A stretch of 64,000 bases of DNA from Bigelowiella natans CCMP2755 (GCA_000320545.1 ADNK01001280.1:14139-78138); one strand, 5' to 3'. Positions 1 through 15,900 are shown, numbered from the stretch's first letter. Program-made: numbers and translations. The notes: a model not told the origin generated them from the letters alone.

Positions 1-3000
1 AGCCACGTTATCCCTCCTATTGTGTATTGTGGCGATGATGATCAAACAACAGATGATGAAACAATAACATGATAGAGCTCGAGGAGATAACCCCTCCTCT
101 TCAACGATGTGTAATCCTCAAGCTTTATCGTTTATTAGGTCGTTTGGGTGTGAGGAGAGGAGGAGGGGGCAGGAAAAAGAACAAGAGAGAAGAAATTGAT
201 TTGCTAGTACTGAATAGATGAGAATACTGGTAGTACAAACATAAACGGTAGTACTACTAGTATTGCTACTACTACTACTAAGAATGAGCGAAATATAAGT
301 ACTTCTAGTAGTGCTACTGCTACTAAGAACGACCGAAATATACGCCGAAAGAAGGAAAAGCATGAAGCTATTGGACCACGGAGGATACTATTATCTGGTG
401 GTCACATATTCAGGTTATCAGATGATATATATGATTATTGTACATGCCATTATGATGATCAAGATGACTATTCTAAGTACATTAAAGTAATTTTCACTAG
501 TATAGTTGCTGCTGCTGGTACTGGTGCTGGTGATTAGAATCTTCGTCTTAATTTTCCCCTTCTGCACTTCTTCTTTCTCCCTCCCCCTGAAATGACTACT
601 TACTTATTAATTTATGGTTATTGCGATCTGCTGTGAGAGATCTTGGTGTTGATTGCCGGGAATCTACTAATGGGAGGTCCACCTAGAATGATGGTGGAGT
701 AGGTTAATAGAAGAAGAAGAAGAAGAAGAAGAAGAAGAGGAAAAAGAGGAAGGTGGGTATAGTAATCATAAGTTATAGTAACAACAATAATAATAATAAT
801 AATAATAATAAAGCAAATAAAAATCATAAAATTAAATGAATAGTATGATAGCTCAGTAAAAGAAGAACATCATAATACGAATAATATAACATTATTAATA
901 GTATCATTAGTTATTGTAAATCAACCTAACAACTCTCACACATTGATGGAATTCTTCTTCTTCATGATTTCCCCTGCTACTAGTGGCAGAATGATAAGTC
1001 TTCTAATAACTTAATTTGCTACTACCCTCTCGATCTGTGAGCTTATAAGTGACCCGTAGTTTCTCCCCGCAAATGTTTGCTCGTTGAAGGCGAAGGTTAA
1101 TGTATCAAGCTGGGTATCCGGCGACTGCGGTACCACCTTATGACTTCCTGTCAGTAGTAAGTAGTACAATAACAACAACAACAACAACAACAATAACAAC
1201 AACAACAAGAAGTAAGCATAGTATACCAATTATTACGTTACAACAATATAAGTATGAGTGTTTGACGATTATGAATGGATTAAGTAGGAGCAACGAGAGC
1301 AGTACTACCAAAAACATCCTCAGCTGCAGGCTTAATGACCTTCCTTGCACTCGAGTTGAAGTACCTGCAGAGTAGTAGAATGTACGAGTCAGGAGAGCAG
1401 CTGTTTGCGTAGAGCAATGCATGTTTGTGTTCTTCTCTTTTTATTACGGAATTGATCTCATTCTCTCTGGAAGTCGCCGCCTCGATAGATATGAAACTGC
1501 AGACGATTGGGAAGATAAAGAACCGCGTCGTTGCTAAAAGAAGTCGAGCATTTGCAGCAATTATGAAACAGAAGAATATGAGAGTATTATTCTGTGGTAT
1601 GAAGAGAAATGACGGAAAGATGTAGCTACTATACGTACACCCGCCTCCTCTTCCCCCCTCCCCCCTCCTCCTCCTTCTCCTAGTTTCGTCTGTCTTTTGC
1701 TGCGGCATTGCATTTGGGTTTGCACCGCTTAGTTAGTAGTAATGATCACCTTGATATCGTATGAAGAAGAAGCTTCTACAGTCTTGCTTCTCGTAAGTAC
1801 ATTTCTACTTACTGGGTAGAGAGGAAGACTATTTGAACCATCCGTATTGATCTGCATTAAAGTGCAAGGAACCCAAAAAATGATGATAAGCCCATGTGAG
1901 CAATGCGATTAGAAAAGTAACAACGATGACCTCACTGTCAACATCTGGTAATGAAACAGAGATTTTCAGCTTTGAGAGAGGCCGTGGCATTCTCTCGAAA
2001 CTCGAATAACCTGACGACACGAATATACTGTTGATAGAAATACCGACTGGGCCAATAGCTGCTATTACCAGCTGCTCCATCGTCTTTAGAGTCGCCTTCT
2101 TTGTCTTTACTATAGTCCCCTGCTTTCATGTCTGAATCTCCCCTTAAGGTTCGTTCTTCCGATTTACAATGGCCACCATCACCAATTGCTCTTTCACCTT
2201 CATCTCTTCGACTGCCCCCTGTTTGCAGCATATCCGATTCGTCTCTTGAAAGTCGTCGTTCTTCTTCTTCTTCTTCCGGGTAAGTACCGTCACCACCACC
2301 ACCTCCACAGGTAGCAGCTCAGGTTCGTTGATCCAGTTCCGTGGTGTGAGCGAGGTACGAATCTACTTCCCTAGATTACTAAAGATCAACTTTAACAAAA
2401 ACAATGCCATTCTCATACTGCGACATGGCACATTAATTGTAAAGTAGATAAATATCATAGTACGTAGTATCTCGGTGCTCCTTGTAGAACCTCTTCCTGT
2501 TTTTGTTGTACGACATGGTAATAAGAATGTCGTAGTGCATTAGTGGTCTGCATCTATCATTATATCTATAAAAGACTACTTGTACTAACCTGATGCTCAT
2601 TACAATCAATGGCTTCTTCAAGGACATAGATCATTTGTGTTAACTGATCGTCTCTAGGAGGCACGTTTATAAAGTCACGAGGGAAGATAACAGACACTGC
2701 TTTTGAACAGTAATCGATGGGACCACAAAGAATCATTCACGCGCCCTCCGAGACATGATCCCAAACTATTTTATTTTATTGACTTCGAAATTGCACACGA
2801 TAATATATTTCTCAGGTACGAGTAGATTTGCAGGACTTCTTTCTGATGTTCTCCCTACTGTGTCTCCCGAAGGATTTCTTTATAAGGTGCAAAGATGTCT
2901 GAATATCTTCAATGGCAAGCAATTTGAAAGCGATAATGAGCTAGGATGAGGCAGTTTTTCTTCCTTTGCTGTCCCAATCAGCTTTTATTATCAATGTTCA

Positions 3001-3045
3001 CCTATCCTCACCATGTAATCATCGAAGAATTATAATCAAAAATTA

Positions 3046-5391
3046 TATCAAGGTACTGGGAGAAGAATTATTTGTTCCTACCTTTGAACGGCGGAGGGGG
3101 GGGCATAAATCAGGAGTCATCACCGACATCGTCGCCGCCTCATCATCAATTGCTTCAACAACGCTCAAATATGCAGAAGGAATTATTGGAATCTCTTAAA
3201 GAAGATCTGAACCACAATACTCTTCTGTATCAATTTATGCCAGGGTGAGCAACACGTGAAGATAAATATTTATTCACACATTGTGATGGTTATTTATGAT
3301 CTTTTCCCTTTATTTAGAATTCGAGCATATAGACCCACTTGCAGATATGGCCACGACCCCCAACAGGGGGCTGCGAAAGGAGGGGGAGGAGGAGGAGGTA
3401 ATATAACATTAAATCATTCGAGAGAAACTGTTGCGCTGTTATGTAATAGTTATTCTGTCATGGTAACACATGTTCTTCGTATCATCTTGACTAACGATTT
3501 ATAGTTGAAATACCGTGTTTTATGGTAGAAGAAAAGAGTAGTGGAAATGATGCGACAAAATTTCAACGGAAGGCAACGTTCATTCAGGGGGAAAGCATAC
3601 GGGTCGTGAGGGTCAGCTCTGCCGCTGGTGCAGCTGGTTCCTTTTCCTCCAACAGTGAAGAAGAAGAAGAAGAAGAAGAAGAAGAAGAAGAGACGCATTT
3701 CAGTCCAAATGGAAACGATGTCTCTTCTGAAGACATACAGAATGTAGGTGAAGTAGAAGAGAAGAGAATAGTTATTCTTTACTACGATTAAATGCTAGAA
3801 TAATCATTGAGGTGCTGCTGCGATGATAATTGTGAAACTAGGCTTGGAATCTCGGCTTCACGATTGTCCTTCCAAGGTCGTTAATATGATAATGATGTTG
3901 ATGATTATGATGTTGCTGATGACACGTAACTATTCCTGCAACAACAATTACTATCCTTTTTTATTTTAAATGTAAATCTTCCTGGAACATCAATTTTTTG
4001 GAGGCAAGAAATATTGTCATCAACTTTCTAATTACAATATTTTCGTTCATTGCCTCTCCTTACGTTCTGGGGATTTTTTTTCAGGTTCCAGCACTATCAT
4101 CATCAGCTACGAAACCTGACAACAGCTCTTTCTCGTCAACTTGGTTGTAGGAGGATGAATTAAAAGAAGATTTATTTTTCTGTTTATCTCACATTGATGA
4201 TGATGATGATGATGATGGTTTTGATGATCACCCAGGACTGGTCTGTTCTTTGTAATCTCTACCTAACTCCTCATGGGAACCAAGGCCTACAGGTACTAGT
4301 AGTAGTACCAGCACCATATACTTGCTTAGTAAGGAGAAGAAGAAGAAGCACAACATAACATCTATTTAGATTCTTAATTTAGGAATTTTGTGGTTCTGCA
4401 TCGTTTGGTATATCATCTCCCACTAGGGTGATTACAATGATGAGACCGATAATGATGGTGAGGATGATGGTGATGATGATGATGATGACGGTTCCTCTGT
4501 GATCTACCTCCTACCCTCCCTTCTCCTCATCCTCTTCCTCTTCCTCCATGATCTCCATCATCATCATGATCATGATTATCATCATTTCTTAACAACTGAC
4601 TGCAGGCACACTACGACGACCACTGCGTGTTAATACTTCAGGTGTGCTGCAGTAGATTTAGTATCAGTGTTGTTTCATGTGAGGATAATGATGATGATGG
4701 TGATGATGACGATCACGAATAAATGGTATTAATACGGGTCTACTACTACCACTACTACTACTACTAGGTAGATATTGTGTAAGTTGGCACTATGCTACAT
4801 GATGACCACCATATCCCTTTGTCTAGATCGAAGGATTCAAAGAATGGAGATTGGGGAGGAGGAGGAATTCACTTTCCACCATACTGCCACGATTGGTAGT
4901 ATGATTATCACATTAGTAGTAGTAGTAGTAGTAGTGATGTATCAGCTAATACATTTCAATACTGTTACGTGTGTGTGTGTGCGCGCACGTGTGTGTATTT
5001 GTGTGTACACAATCAATACTGATTGTGGTGGTGGATTCATAATCATCATCATCGCCATTACAAACAAATACCGTGACTATAACTCACTTTGCTGCTCTTG
5101 TTAACAAACACAGGGTGAGCCAAGAGTAGCCGTACCACTACCAGTGCCAGGAAGAACAAAACGAGAAAAAAATGTAAATAACAAAGCAAAGCAGCAGCAA
5201 GAACAGAGCGTTGATTGTTGGAGTGGTAGTAGTAGTAGTAGGGTGGAAATGAAACCTGGAGATCTGCTGTATATTCCAAGAGGAATACCACACTACGCCA
5301 CAACAAAAACAACAAAAACAACGACAACGACAAAGCACCTGGGAAAGTTTTCATCGTCGTCGTCGTCGTCAACATCATCAATAGCTGCAAA

Positions 5392-5428
<37 letters not shown>

Positions 5429-6012
5429 TCATCGTCAACATCATCATCACCGTCAGTCCACGTTACGATTGCTATTGAGGTAGTACTCTTAGTAATATAG
5501 TATTACTAGCTAGCGGTGATGATCGTATGTGATCATCAACACGATCAAGGCAAACTACTCACTTACTCACTGACTCACTGACTCACTGACTGACTGACTG
5601 ACTGACTGACTGATGGTGATGGAATAGTGGGTTTGTCCATAGGTTGTAGTTGTATGTTGTTGCAGTTATTATTATTATTTTTATTATTATTATTATACAT
5701 GTATTATTGAGCTGTGAATCATAATCAGGTAGAACCTCATTGTGAGTATGAAACTCTCTTCCACCTGGCCATAATGCTGTTCTGTGCGACGAAGAATACT
5801 GAATCAGGAGATGATCATCATCACGAATATCATGATGACAATGATAATTCTGTGGAGGAGGAGGGGGAGGAGGAGGAGCATATTTACGAAGAGAACAAAA
5901 AATACTGGATGATAAAAGTAAGCAAATTGGATGATAATACCAATAATGATGATGATGATGAAGATGATGATGACGATAGAGGGGTGTATTGCAGTAACTA
6001 TCGTGATAGGAG

Positions 6013-6046
<34 letters not shown>

Positions 6047-6539
6047 ATTTGCAGTTACTACTGTGATAGGAGTGCGCAGGATGTTCTTAAAATCTTGTCT
6101 TCTTTTCTTCTTTTGCCACCACCACCAGCACCACCAGCACCAGCACCACCACCAGCAGCAGCAGCAGCAGCGTAAAACAGCAGCAGCGGCAGATTCTTCA
6201 TGTCGCTCAGATATCGATTTAACGACGCGCATTCTGCTTCATACAGCTATTCGTAGCATAGGAAGTAGTAATCCTCAATTTAGAAAAGCTTATCTCCGCT
6301 TGATGCCCCACCACCATCACCAGCAGCAGCAGCAGCAGCATCATGATCAATATCACCCCTCCAGTAAGAATCAATTCGAGCGCATGGTTACCTCACTCAG
6401 ACCCCCACGCAATGTATTGAGTAGTAGCAGTAGTAGTAGCAGCAGCAGTAGTACTCATCCCCCCTTCCCCTCCTAGAATAATACTACAAATTCTTCTATT
6501 CTCTTCTTCTTCTCCTTCTTTCCTTTCCGCAACCTACCA

Positions 6540-6573
<34 letters not shown>

Positions 6574-7658
6574 ATTCTATGGTCTACCTTCTGTCATTCA
6601 TTAATAACAATAACAACATTGTGTTTCCGTAACTTTGCTGGTGCTATCGTCATTAGCCATTACCCAACCCCTCTCGTAAGGAAGAGAAAGAGATTGGGGC
6701 TGATCATGATGACGACCTGTACGACGATGATGTCCTTGAGATCCAGAAAGAGAAGGAGCAGGTGGAGGATAAGGAGGATACTGAAGATACTGATGATGAT
6801 GATGATAATGATGATGATGGCATTTTAGTATATCATCTCTTATCATTTGCTGGAGTACTAGGGTCAGTAAGAGCAATGTTGCGTAGAGGAATAATGGAGG
6901 AGGAGGAGAAGCAGAGGCTAAACACTACTACTCCTCCTACTACTACTGGAAGTTGTAGTAGTAAGAGCGACAGCAGCACCACTACCAACAAGATCACAGC
7001 CGGCATTGGCAGCGGGTCTGCAATTATCAGCATCATCATCATCATCATTATCATTCTGACGTGTTTATTATTGTATGCGAGTAGGTACTCTTGGCTAGAA
7101 TGGATGGTCAAGTCTCAAGAACATCTTCTCACCGTTATCAAAAGTGATGATGATGACAGACAAATCCCACACTTGATCAAAACTACAGGAACCAAGGTAC
7201 TAGACCAAGAAGACCGTGAAGATGAAGAAGAAGAAGAAGAAGAAGAAGAAGAAGAAGAGGAGGAGGAGGAGCTTTGTAAAGATGGCTGCTATGACCAGAG
7301 GCATCACAACAACAACAACAACAGCAAGTACCCTTCCTCCTCCTCATCCTCATACCTCTACCTCCCAAGAGGAGGCAAACAAGATAATAAGAGAGAAGCA
7401 GGATCCTACGACGACGAGGATGCGAAGAAGACGAATACATCGAGGAAAAGAAAGAGAGTACAAGAAGAGACCAAGACAACGACTATTAACACTAGTCCAT
7501 ATACTACTACTACTACTACCACTACTAGCAGCACAGAGCACCTGTACTCCTCCTCCTCCTCCTCCTCTTATTCGTCATCGTCGTCATCCTCCCTTCGTCT
7601 TCCCCCTGATACTGAGGAAATCGAAGTCCTAATGGCGAAATTTCTAGTAAGAACTTAG
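3046..7658 (+). CDS. Multi-exon JmjC/cupin 2OG-Fe(II) oxygenase, NO66/RIOX-like, with long low-complexity insertions (both ends uncertain; may extend upstream into 1-3000)
   Basis: Exons read YWEKNYLFL (~3055), CNLYLTPHGNQGLQ (~4250), AHYDDHCVLILQ (4606-4641, HxD metal ligands), EMKPGDLLYIPRGIPHYAT and SVHVTIAIE (5245-5480), with GT-AG boundaries. Confidence 0.72.
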
Positions 7659-8936
7659 GCACAACAACTCTTCTCCGTCTGTCCTATTCTCGATTAGTAA
7701 CACTAACACGTACGATGTGGATTGTTGTCATTACAACAATTCATAGTCATCATCACAAGCCACAAAAGAATGGTTGTCATCATCATCATCATCATCATAG
7801 CAGTAGGAAAAATAAATGGACACCACTACACCACCATCATCACATACATGGTACACTGATGGTAGTAGTAGTATTAATATTAGTAGCCATGCATGTTCAC
7901 TTGGAAAGCACATCATCTGGTAGCATTATCCATCACAGGTAAGTACAATGAAGAGCGATTCCCTGTTCCACGATAGCATGGAGGCATACATTCGTGCGGC
8001 AACAAATTTTTGTGCTTTCCTTAACTCACATGGAAGAAGTGGACAAGGAGGTGATAAGCAACATGGTGATGTCAGACTTTCAACGGTTAGTGATAATTCA
8101 AGTGTGTCACTAGGAATTAATGAAGAAAAAAGTACCTCTAAAAATCCAGTGGAAACAACTCGTAGAACCTCTAAACCAAAAAGTAGCAGAAAGAGGAGTA
8201 AGAAGAGCACGACAACCATTTCTAATATTTGGGAAATTGTAGATAGGCTACAGCTACATTGTGTCAAGTTTTGGGACAAGAGAGAACGACGGTCTGTCTG
8301 ATGGACAAATTGACAATGCACACAGTCGCATGCTACTAAGAGTGTTTGTCATTATACTGTATAAATGTGCGATCCGTCGTACAATTTTTTTCGAACGAAA
8401 CACTTGGCGTAAATTGTTTGTATTTGCGCGATGTTAAAACAGCTGCATGCGCTCGGCGTGCTATCCATCCCTGTTTTGCGTGTTACGTACGTTGTTTGTG
8501 GTGTCTGTGTGATCGAGCCACACCCATGCATGCTAGCATGCATGACCGAGTGCACACGTACATGGATCCAAATGTGAATGACCAAGCATAATCTAGGCAA
8601 TATATGTAGACACAATAACAGCCAGACTTGCATGATTGTTCAGCATAATAGATTTAATGAATCGTGTGCATCACTCTTATTGCGCATGCATGTGTAGCAG
8701 ATGTCATTCTAACTGCGTGTGAGATGTGGTCTCTGCATGCTGTATACGATGTTCGCGCTGGCCTTTGAGTTAATGACAAACATGTGCAATGCAGTATACG
8801 TCTCAAAGTCAGCAGGGCGCGCATATTTTTTGGATGCATTTTACTTATTGCAAACATTCATGCTGGTTTGAATACTTTTTTAGATTGTGCACTCACAAGG
8901 CGTCACCCTTGTCATCAAGATAAGAGTAAAATATGC

Positions 8937-10519
8937 TCACTTCCTGGCACCAGTGATTCCAGATTGTAGGCGATTATTGCATAATGCATCAATGTGCCCA
9001 AAGTTCTTCACTGCCCTTTTCAGAGATGAGATCCTTTGATCAGGCGTGAAAGCTGGAGAACTTTCCAACCTGTCCAATACCAGCTTAAGCAATCGGATTT
9101 TTTTGGAGCATTTCTCAAGCTCTCGTCGATGCTCAGAAAGCATTGCGCGGCCTTTTTGGTTGTCATGGATGCAACTCCACAGTGTGTGAGATGCGTACTC
9201 CATAACTAGATGACTTCTATTTTCCTTGTCTTCCATGAACTCATTTACCCAAGTGAAAGCATCACCAACCTCAAACATGCTCTGTGAGAAACCCTCAGGA
9301 AGCATCAGGGGTTCGAAAAATGCTTGAAGCATTCGAGTGTCCGACAAAATCGGTGTTTTGACAGAAGTACAAAACGATAGATTTCGAAGGAGAATGTGTG
9401 CAGCAATTTTCTGATTTGGATCGGCTGATTTCTCAACCAGCATTGAAGCTAAAGATCCAAGATGTCGCGGAATGAGCAAGTCAGCAATGGAACGACGACC
9501 AATCGATGTCAAACACAACGAATGGAGCAAACGCAAGTAATCGTGAGAAGGAGAATCCGACCTCTCCTTTTTGGAAGAACGCTTAGAAGACGGCAGATAA
9601 GATGAATTTGTTTTTGTGCATGCCTTGGTCCATGCCTACAAAATACAATGTATCTGTTTTTTCTGCCATTCACCATTGTGCAATTAGTGGATGGACATCA
9701 AATTGTTCTCACCCATGAAGGAATCCTTGCTCTTGTGAGAGGCCCTGCGGCAGCCGGACACACCGCAAGATTGGAGAGTATTTCTAAACCCTGAAATAAA
9801 TGGTGATACCATTATCATTCTCACATTTACATAGTGGGTAACAACACGATCATCATGTTTCAAATTGTATTCCACTACAAAATCACAATGGAAACTGGCT
9901 TGGCTGTAGCGATGTAGTATCGATTCTCAAATGATGAACCAAATACTACCTTCACCTGCTATTATCAAGCTACAATAACTGCTACAATGACAGAGCTACT
10001 CAACATCTAATTCCATTGCTTCTTGAAGCTGCGAATACGTCACCTTGTGTGACAAATGAGGAGGAAGAGAAGGCGATGGATTTCGCGTTAGGTTCAGAAT
10101 CAACGACAACATGCTCTGTGATTTCGTCCCCCTGATTATAAATAGATTTTTTTGAATTAATGAGAAGTTTCTCGAATTTAACATGCACCGCCAAGCCATC
10201 TTACGACAATAAACATGACATACATGCTAAAACTTCAAATACAAAAAAGACTCCGTGCATTGATCTGCCCTACATATGACTATTTACACACCCCATTTTT
10301 TTGCAGATGTGCTCTTTGGCGCACATGTCCCCATGTGCATAGTTTCCAATTATATTCAATACATAATCCAGAAGATATGTTATCCTCCTCTTTTGATTCT
10401 TTTGTATTCTGGATTTGTGCTTCGTGTCGCTGCTACTTTCTCGATTGTGCTCTCGAACCGCCACCGCTGCAAAATTATATGTTGTATGTGATTAATCACA
10501 TGCCAACACACACACAAAC

Positions 10520-10566
<47 letters not shown>

Positions 10567-12892
10567 TTGGGGAAAGGGGGAGGGGAGACATTTGCCGCTG
10601 TTTCACACAGATGCATGAACTTACACACGCTTTTTGAATTAAAAAGAACATGTACTATTATGTGTCTGCTTTTGCTACCCGAGGCACAATCATCCACAAC
10701 TTGATCATAGGTCTCTTTTTCGTCTCCCATGAAGTTGATCCTCTCATGAGCGCCCTTCTTCCCATGAAGAATATTACCACTTTTATTTCCTTCTTGCCTG
10801 GTATTAACTACAGATATATTCTCTTTACCCTTCGTCGTTGTTCCCGTAGAAGTTGCTGTCTCCGATGTCGTGGCGGGTAGGGTCTCCACGTGTCGTCGTC
10901 CATCTAGACCCCACCAAATTCTTCTTTTCCTTCTCTTTCGTATTGGCGATGGCTTTGATCTTCTTGGACGAGCGTTGCGAGAATAGCTAGGATGGTTGAA
11001 CAAGTGAGAGTTGCTGTGGTAGGATGAAGAGGGAGAAAGCTCCGCTTCGTTAGGAGTCTTTGCATCATCATCGATATCCTCATTGCGATGCAACAGTACC
11101 GTTGACGCATCCGAGTCTAGTGTATCATCAATGCAATGATTATGCTTCTTTGTTTTCAGTTTCCATTCCTGGTACTTGTCACGCGTAGCTGCAACACAAG
11201 AGCTCCAGGTGGATACAAGCAAACATATGAGATTCTCCTTTCCGCATTCGCTCTTGAGCTCCTTGCTGCCATTGTACAGAAGTCCTTGCACAATTGAGAA
11301 CAAATACGACAACCGCTTATGAAGAACCGACTCCATTTGTTTGTGTACCAACTCGGGCTCGAGTCTATGGAGGCACGCTAACGAGTGAGAGCGCTCTAAT
11401 ATTGAGAATAAATAGCGGAGAGGTTTGATCGGTTTGGATGGTAAAGAGAATGAAAGGGAAATTTCTGACGATGAAGATTTGGACGACAAGAGTTCCTGGA
11501 ATGTGTTTTTAATTTTTTGATCACTAACCAGCCACAATTTTGCGGCTTTGCAGCGAGACAAGAGCTTAGCCAGGGTATTTGAACATATTACGAGTTGCTT
11601 GACTGTGTTTCTACTTTCCCATTTCTCTATGACATCGCTTGACTCTAGAAGATGCGGAGATATAGCTGCCCTCCTACCTTCAATTTGTCGTCCTCTCGCT
11701 CCCAATATATGGTCTGTTTCGAGTAGTAACACGAGGTGCTTGAAAAGTACTTCGCAGAGAAATGTACTGCTCTTGTTACTGGTGGTTGTTGTTAAGTATG
11801 GACTTTGTGATGATGATAATGGTACAGGACTCTCATTATTTTCTAAGCTCAAAGATGACTTTATTGGCTCTGCTTTTGCAGCTCTGGGGTCATATTCCAC
11901 TGCGGTGACAGGTTGAGGTGATGGAGGACAAACATCGAAGCATTTGGTTAGGAAACTCATGACCAATTTGCTCAAAACGTCAGGACCACTTCTCATCGAT
12001 GAAGATGTTTTAACGAGCATTTCATTGCTACAACGCGTCAAAATACCAGCGGATACGTTGTATAAAATGGATAACATTTGAGGAGAAACATGATTCTGAA
12101 AACTATCCGGTTGCAAAGATATCAATGACAAACATAAGGAGTACCATGACATCGAAGCGGCACTTACCAAGGGAGACAACCTCCTTTCTTTGTTGATAAA
12201 ATTGTGACTCAGTGCCATTCTTTCTTTCGTATCCCCACGTTCTCTTGTTGTAAGCTGCTCACTTGCGACCTTCTCGCTACCATTGGCATCGTCATTATCA
12301 TCATTTCCCTTTGTATTTTCGGCGTCATTTATTTTCTGGACTTCTTCGAGAAAACGTAATAGCTCAACCATTAGATTCTTAGACGCTAACATATACGACA
12401 CACAAGCTTCCTCGGATTGTACTAGGCTACGAAGAGCATCCATAGCAAACGTCCCTGCTGCGAGGCTTTCTATTATGCCAATCTCACAAACGTTTCCACG
12501 ACATTCAACTCCAAGCATGTAATCTGAAAATGGGATCGCATTGATGCCACCAAAACTGGTATGGTTGGTGAGAGGCGGAGGCATGTACCATCGCATTTGT
12601 CCAGAGTTCTCCACTCCTTTTAGATGCAGAGGCGATGGCGATGGCGATGACGATAAGAATGACGACGCATTCTTCAGAATCTTAACAATAGAAGTGTAGT
12701 TATCGGCTCTCATTGCTACTTTTTTTGCTTTATCGGGAATTCTAGTAAGAACAGCAGCCAAAAGTTCTGCTGTAGCTGCAGCTAAGCTCATCGTGTTTGT
12801 CGTTCCGTTTTTCACTTGAGGGGCGAACAAGTTGTGATGACCACCTGTGGTCTGTAAGAGCTCAGGAATCACTTGTAATAGTTGATCTTCGA

Positions 12893-12927
<35 letters not shown>

Positions 12928-15900
12928 AGTGATGTTGATGGTCGCGACATCATCGATACATTTCTCATGTCAGTAACCTTTGCCGTCAAGGCTCGGAGGG
13001 CTGCAACTCTGAGATTCACAGCGTATGGACCAGTCATTTGTAAAACAGTATCTAGTGCAGAGGCAAGTAAGAGACTTGCTTGAGGACCCCACATAGCTAC
13101 CCGTCGATCTGATGATATTGATGGTGATTTAAACCGGCCTTCGCGAAACATAGACGATGCAATCCTGTACGCAGAAATCCTATTAATGTCCTCTCTATCA
13201 CGTGATAGTGCTGATAGCCAAGGTAGTATGTCAATAGATGACGGCGAATTAGAATGACAACTATTATCATTATCATCGCGACTTCTCTGTGATCCCTCGA
13301 TATTATGTTGCTTTAGATCTAACTGGCCAAAGCTCCGACCCGTTTTGGTAAGAAGAGATGTCTTTGGAAACCTGTCTATTGCTGCCGATGAATGTTGATG
13401 TGAGGGCAATACTGGACAAATATTGAGCACTTGAGAGAGTGCACAGGCAGCGTAACGACGAGGTGACTTCCTCAGAAATGCGTTCGTTATTGATGGGAGC
13501 GACAAGATATTTATTAAAGCCTTTGAGTTAGCCTGTAGTTCTTTAAGAAGTTTTGGAAATGCGCATGAGGAACTGATCGTTACCAAACAACGAATTGATG
13601 CGATCTGTAATGCCAAAGGCCAAGGTTTTCCAGCATCAATTTCTACAGAGGACACGTTCTGATCTGAGCATGCGATGAGATATGTCACTGCCTGTGTTAG
13701 ATTTCCAAGAATTTCATTTAAACTTTTCGTCGATGATGATTGGGGAAGTTGCTGCTGCTTTCCCCCTAGGTGCCCAGAATCAAATTTCACGTCGTCTTCA
13801 AGAATGGTGGCTGGAACAGTATTCGTTGTCGCAACGCATGAAATCCCTAGCGGCGTTGCCCCAAATTTTAGAATACTTTCCAAGAAATGTATAATAGCAA
13901 TTTGCACTGCAGGTAATGGCATTTTCCCCCCATAGTTGACATCCTGTTGTTTCAGTTTCACTATAGACGATGGCAACGCTTCTGATAATTTGATATGCGT
14001 TGGGACATCAACCAGAGGAACCAAACGGTACACAAGAGAGACAAGCTCATTCACTGCTTCTCGCGGTATTATCGGCGTTAAGTTATCGCTGCGCCGAGAT
14101 TGAAAATCAAATGCATTAGATAAAATTTGAAGTAATGTCGTAAATAGATGAAGATCAGAACCAGAAGAAGGCAGAACTCCCAAAAATCTTCGTGCTGCAG
14201 GCATCCAATTACATTTCCACATCAACTTACCATTCCGAATACCAACATCTTGATAGCATTTGATTGTCCTTAAAGCGGATTGGCACGTGTTAAAATCATT
14301 TGCACTTGCAACTTTGTCCCAAAGTCTTTGCAGGTAGTAGTCATCCCCGCTAGCTGAAGTACTCTGCTGATGCTTTTCCTCTGAAGCTATCATCCATTTT
14401 AATATGCGACAATTCTCATTCAAGCCTCCCTCTGTGTAATTATCCATTTCTTTGGGCCTTTCGATTAAGAACGGAAAATCAAATGAAGAATCCATTAATG
14501 ATGGAATTGATACTATCGGTCCCACTCTTCGTTCTGATTTGCAATCGTCCTTTTTGATATTTTTGTATGTACGGCAATATCTATGCCAAGAAAGATGGTA
14601 ATTTGGGTTTGAGATTTTGTAGGATTTTGCCCGGGTATAAATTGGGTCGAATAAAGGTGTCGAGAATGCCTCAAATGCTGCGATTTCCAAAGCCAGGAGG
14701 GCTACTGGAGCATACTTAGTGTATATCCAGGGTAATGTCAGATCAAGTAAATCAACGTTAGCCAACAACCTCGTGTTGATTCTTCTATCTTTCCTCGCAA
14801 TCTCAACATCAGGAGCACAACTGACATTATCCCCAATTTTGTGATCGGCGTTGGATGCAATCGCGAGACGAAGCAACATAAGTGCTGGATGCACTAAGTC
14901 AACACTCTTTGATTCTTCACTTAGATCTCCTGTTAGAACAAAAGAATATACAGACGCACTCTCTCTCCCAGTTAAAATACGTTCAATGACAGACAGAATC
15001 TCCGCTGAACCTAGGATACTAATGAATTCAAGTCCAATATCGCCTTCCAAAATTTGGATCAGTTGAATTGCAGCTTCTCTCCTTATGTGATAATTGCGTT
15101 TATGTTCCGTAAACACCGTAACCAATTTCAAGACGTCCTGACGACTGAATGATGATAACAGGGGTGCCCCGTTAGAATTAATTGTTGTTGAAGCCGCCGC
15201 CAACCTTGTCCTTCCTTTACTACTTTTGAGATCCGTGATGTGGTGGTGGCGACCACCATTACTGAATGGCACAGAAGAAGCTGCTGCTGCGGAGAACGAG
15301 AGTCTACGTATAGGATCTACAATAACTTCCACTTCTCTCTTATAAGTTTCTATTACTGTGATATCATCATTATCCTTCCGTTTCCACTTGTGAAGAAGGG
15401 AAAGTACGTGTGGTCGAATAGCACGTGATGCCGCAGCTCGGGAAGAGGGATCGCTAAGGAACAATCCTTGCACGTGTATGTAGACCAGATCCTCGGAGCT
15501 CATTCCTTCCGTCACTATAGTCCTCAATCCCGACTTTTCAGGATAATTTCCAACACGCGCAACTAATAGAGGTATCATAGGACGAAGAGCTTGCCTAAAT
15601 AGCGGTGCGAGATTGATACTTAAAGTTTCTAGAAATTGCCAAGCTGCATGTTCTGTGTCGGCATTTCCCAATCCGTACATTAATACGTGATAAAGAACAC
15701 AGCTACTGAGGAGAAAATCAATAGCATCTGTGGCATTTGATCCTTTCAAGATTACTGGAACAAGTCCGCATAAGCTCTGAAGAGTAATCTTTTGTACTGC
15801 AAGATGATGGTGTTGAAGAAGAGAAAGAAGTACTTTTTGACATACTGTTTTTGCAGCAACATCTGAAGAGGTGAGGTGGGAACATAGTCCCCTAATGACC

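Noticed and set aside
118-2627. Short poly-amino-acid ORFs
   Set aside because: They derive from microsatellites. Some may be upstream exons of the JmjC gene, but this cannot be supported.
10380-10620. C-terminal LSLSLS/CVC tail of the 2015-aa ORF
   Set aside because: It is read-through into an intron containing a (GA)n microsatellite. The real rotatin C-terminus lies in downstream exons to 8937.
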